Shown here piece after piece: positions 31,531-32,000 of a DNA stretch of 32,000 nucleotides. The notes beneath the pieces were generated by a model. That model had not been told where the DNA came from and did not search any database. It saw nothing but the letters and a program-made list of their open reading frames with translations. A program made the translations under genes and the position numbers. The DNA comes from Candidatus Saccharimonas sp. (lineage in GTDB: Bacteria > Patescibacteriota > Saccharimonadia > Saccharimonadales > Saccharimonadaceae): contig CP076101.2 in assembly GCA_015256915.3 (NCBI GenBank), positions 30,001-62,000 of the forward strand. The letters run 5' to 3'. The first letter of the stretch is position 1. Each line of letters starts with the position of its first letter.

Positions 31531-32000
31531 ATGAAACCGAATGAAGATTGGAATCAGGGCGGCCAAAATCAAAATTTTGGTACACCAAATAATTATCCTC
31601 AAAATCCTTATCCGCCACAACAAAATTACGGTGGTTTTTCGAATAATTTTGCTCAAAATGGTCAATTCCCAAGCAATCAATTCCCGAATGAACAATTTTC
31701 GAATGGACAAAATCCACAGCAACAATTTGGCGGCCAAAATCAAAATTTTGGCGCACAACAGAATTTTCCGCAATATCCAAATAATTACCAAAATCAACAA
31801 CAATTTCCAGCTCCGCCGAATCAAACTGTTCAAAATCTGCAAGCTGCTCCAAATTTAATGCCAGATCAAAATTATTCGCAAGATACTACAACTGAGAACC
31901 CTTACACAGTTGAGTATCTCAATAAGATTGCACCTAAAAAAGCCGCTCCGTTTTGGACTAAGGGCAAAATTTTAGGTACTTCAGTGTTATTGATCTCGTT
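31531..32000 (+). CDS. Q/N/P-rich low-complexity protein with a following TM segment; 3' end lies outside the window (partial)
   Basis: This is not in the ORF track because it has no stop codon. I translated 31531 onward by hand: MKPNEDWNQGGQNQNFGTPNNYPQNPYPPQQNYGG...PFWTKGKILGTSVLLIS. No stop occurs through 32000. The three track ORFs here are shadow frames. Confidence 0.65.
   Translation, partial: MKPNEDWNQGGQNQNFGTPNNYPQNPYPPQQNYGGFSNNFAQNGQFPSNQFPNEQFSNGQNPQQQFGGQNQNFGAQQNFPQYPNNYQNQQQFPAPPNQTVQNLQAAPNLMPDQNYSQDTTTENPYTVEYLNKIAPKKAAPFWTKGKILGTSVLLIS

Noticed and set aside
31447-31858. Three track ORFs (two minus, one plus) at the right end
   Set aside because: They are shadow frames of the Q/N-rich gene that starts at 31531. 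That frame has a TGaTATAAT promoter and continues open to the window edge.
1-32000. Alternative genetic code (UGA recoded, as in some candidate-phyla lineages)
   Set aside because: All conserved genes give full-length, motif-complete proteins under the standard code with no internal TGA. One gene terminates at TGA.

Overview
This is a low-GC bacterial chromosomal segment (about one third G+C by eye). It reads cleanly in the standard genetic code and is tightly packed. All calls come from motif recognition in the supplied translations and hand-reading of the DNA; no database search was run. Recognisable housekeeping genes: MurE-type Mur ligase, zwf, a HIT protein, rlmH, a MacB-type ABC ATPase and permease pair, pnp, rpsO, valS, a FemAB-family transferase, tsaD, rpsT, truB, orn and a YjbR-like protein. 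There are three class-II tRNAs with encoded CCA: Leu-UAG, Ser-GGA and Ser-GCU. The gene set (Gram-positive-type wall genes, a VirB2/TrbC-like pilin, an LRR surface protein, many tiny orphan genes) would fit a reduced Patescibacteria/Saccharibacteria-like organism, but that placement is only a guess. Most interesting items: (1) A 4.7-kb, compositionally foreign islet abuts the 3' end of tRNA-Leu. It carries one 1264-aa P-loop NTPase with transmembrane helices inserted between Walker A and Walker B (KAP/YobI/Tmn-like), a candidate stand-alone defence or conflict gene. This gene contains a perfect 42-bp in-frame tandem duplication and is the only gene in the window that ends in TGA. (2) The palindrome TTCGAA (usually TTTCGAAA) is strongly over-represented in all reading frames and in intergenic DNA. 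My hand count is about 100 copies against about 11 expected. It is depleted in the putative foreign patches. (3) Near-consensus (TGn)TATAAT promoters sit 6-10 nt before many ATG codons, implying widespread leaderless mRNAs. (4) A 16-bp perfect inverted repeat lies in an unusually long leader. (5) There is a DHH-fold protein with degenerate catalytic motifs and a repeat-bearing low-complexity tail. (6) There is an LRR plus coiled-coil protein with a sortase-like sorting signal. Small orphan single-gene cassettes are scattered between core genes. No CRISPR array, rRNA, transposase or integrase was seen.
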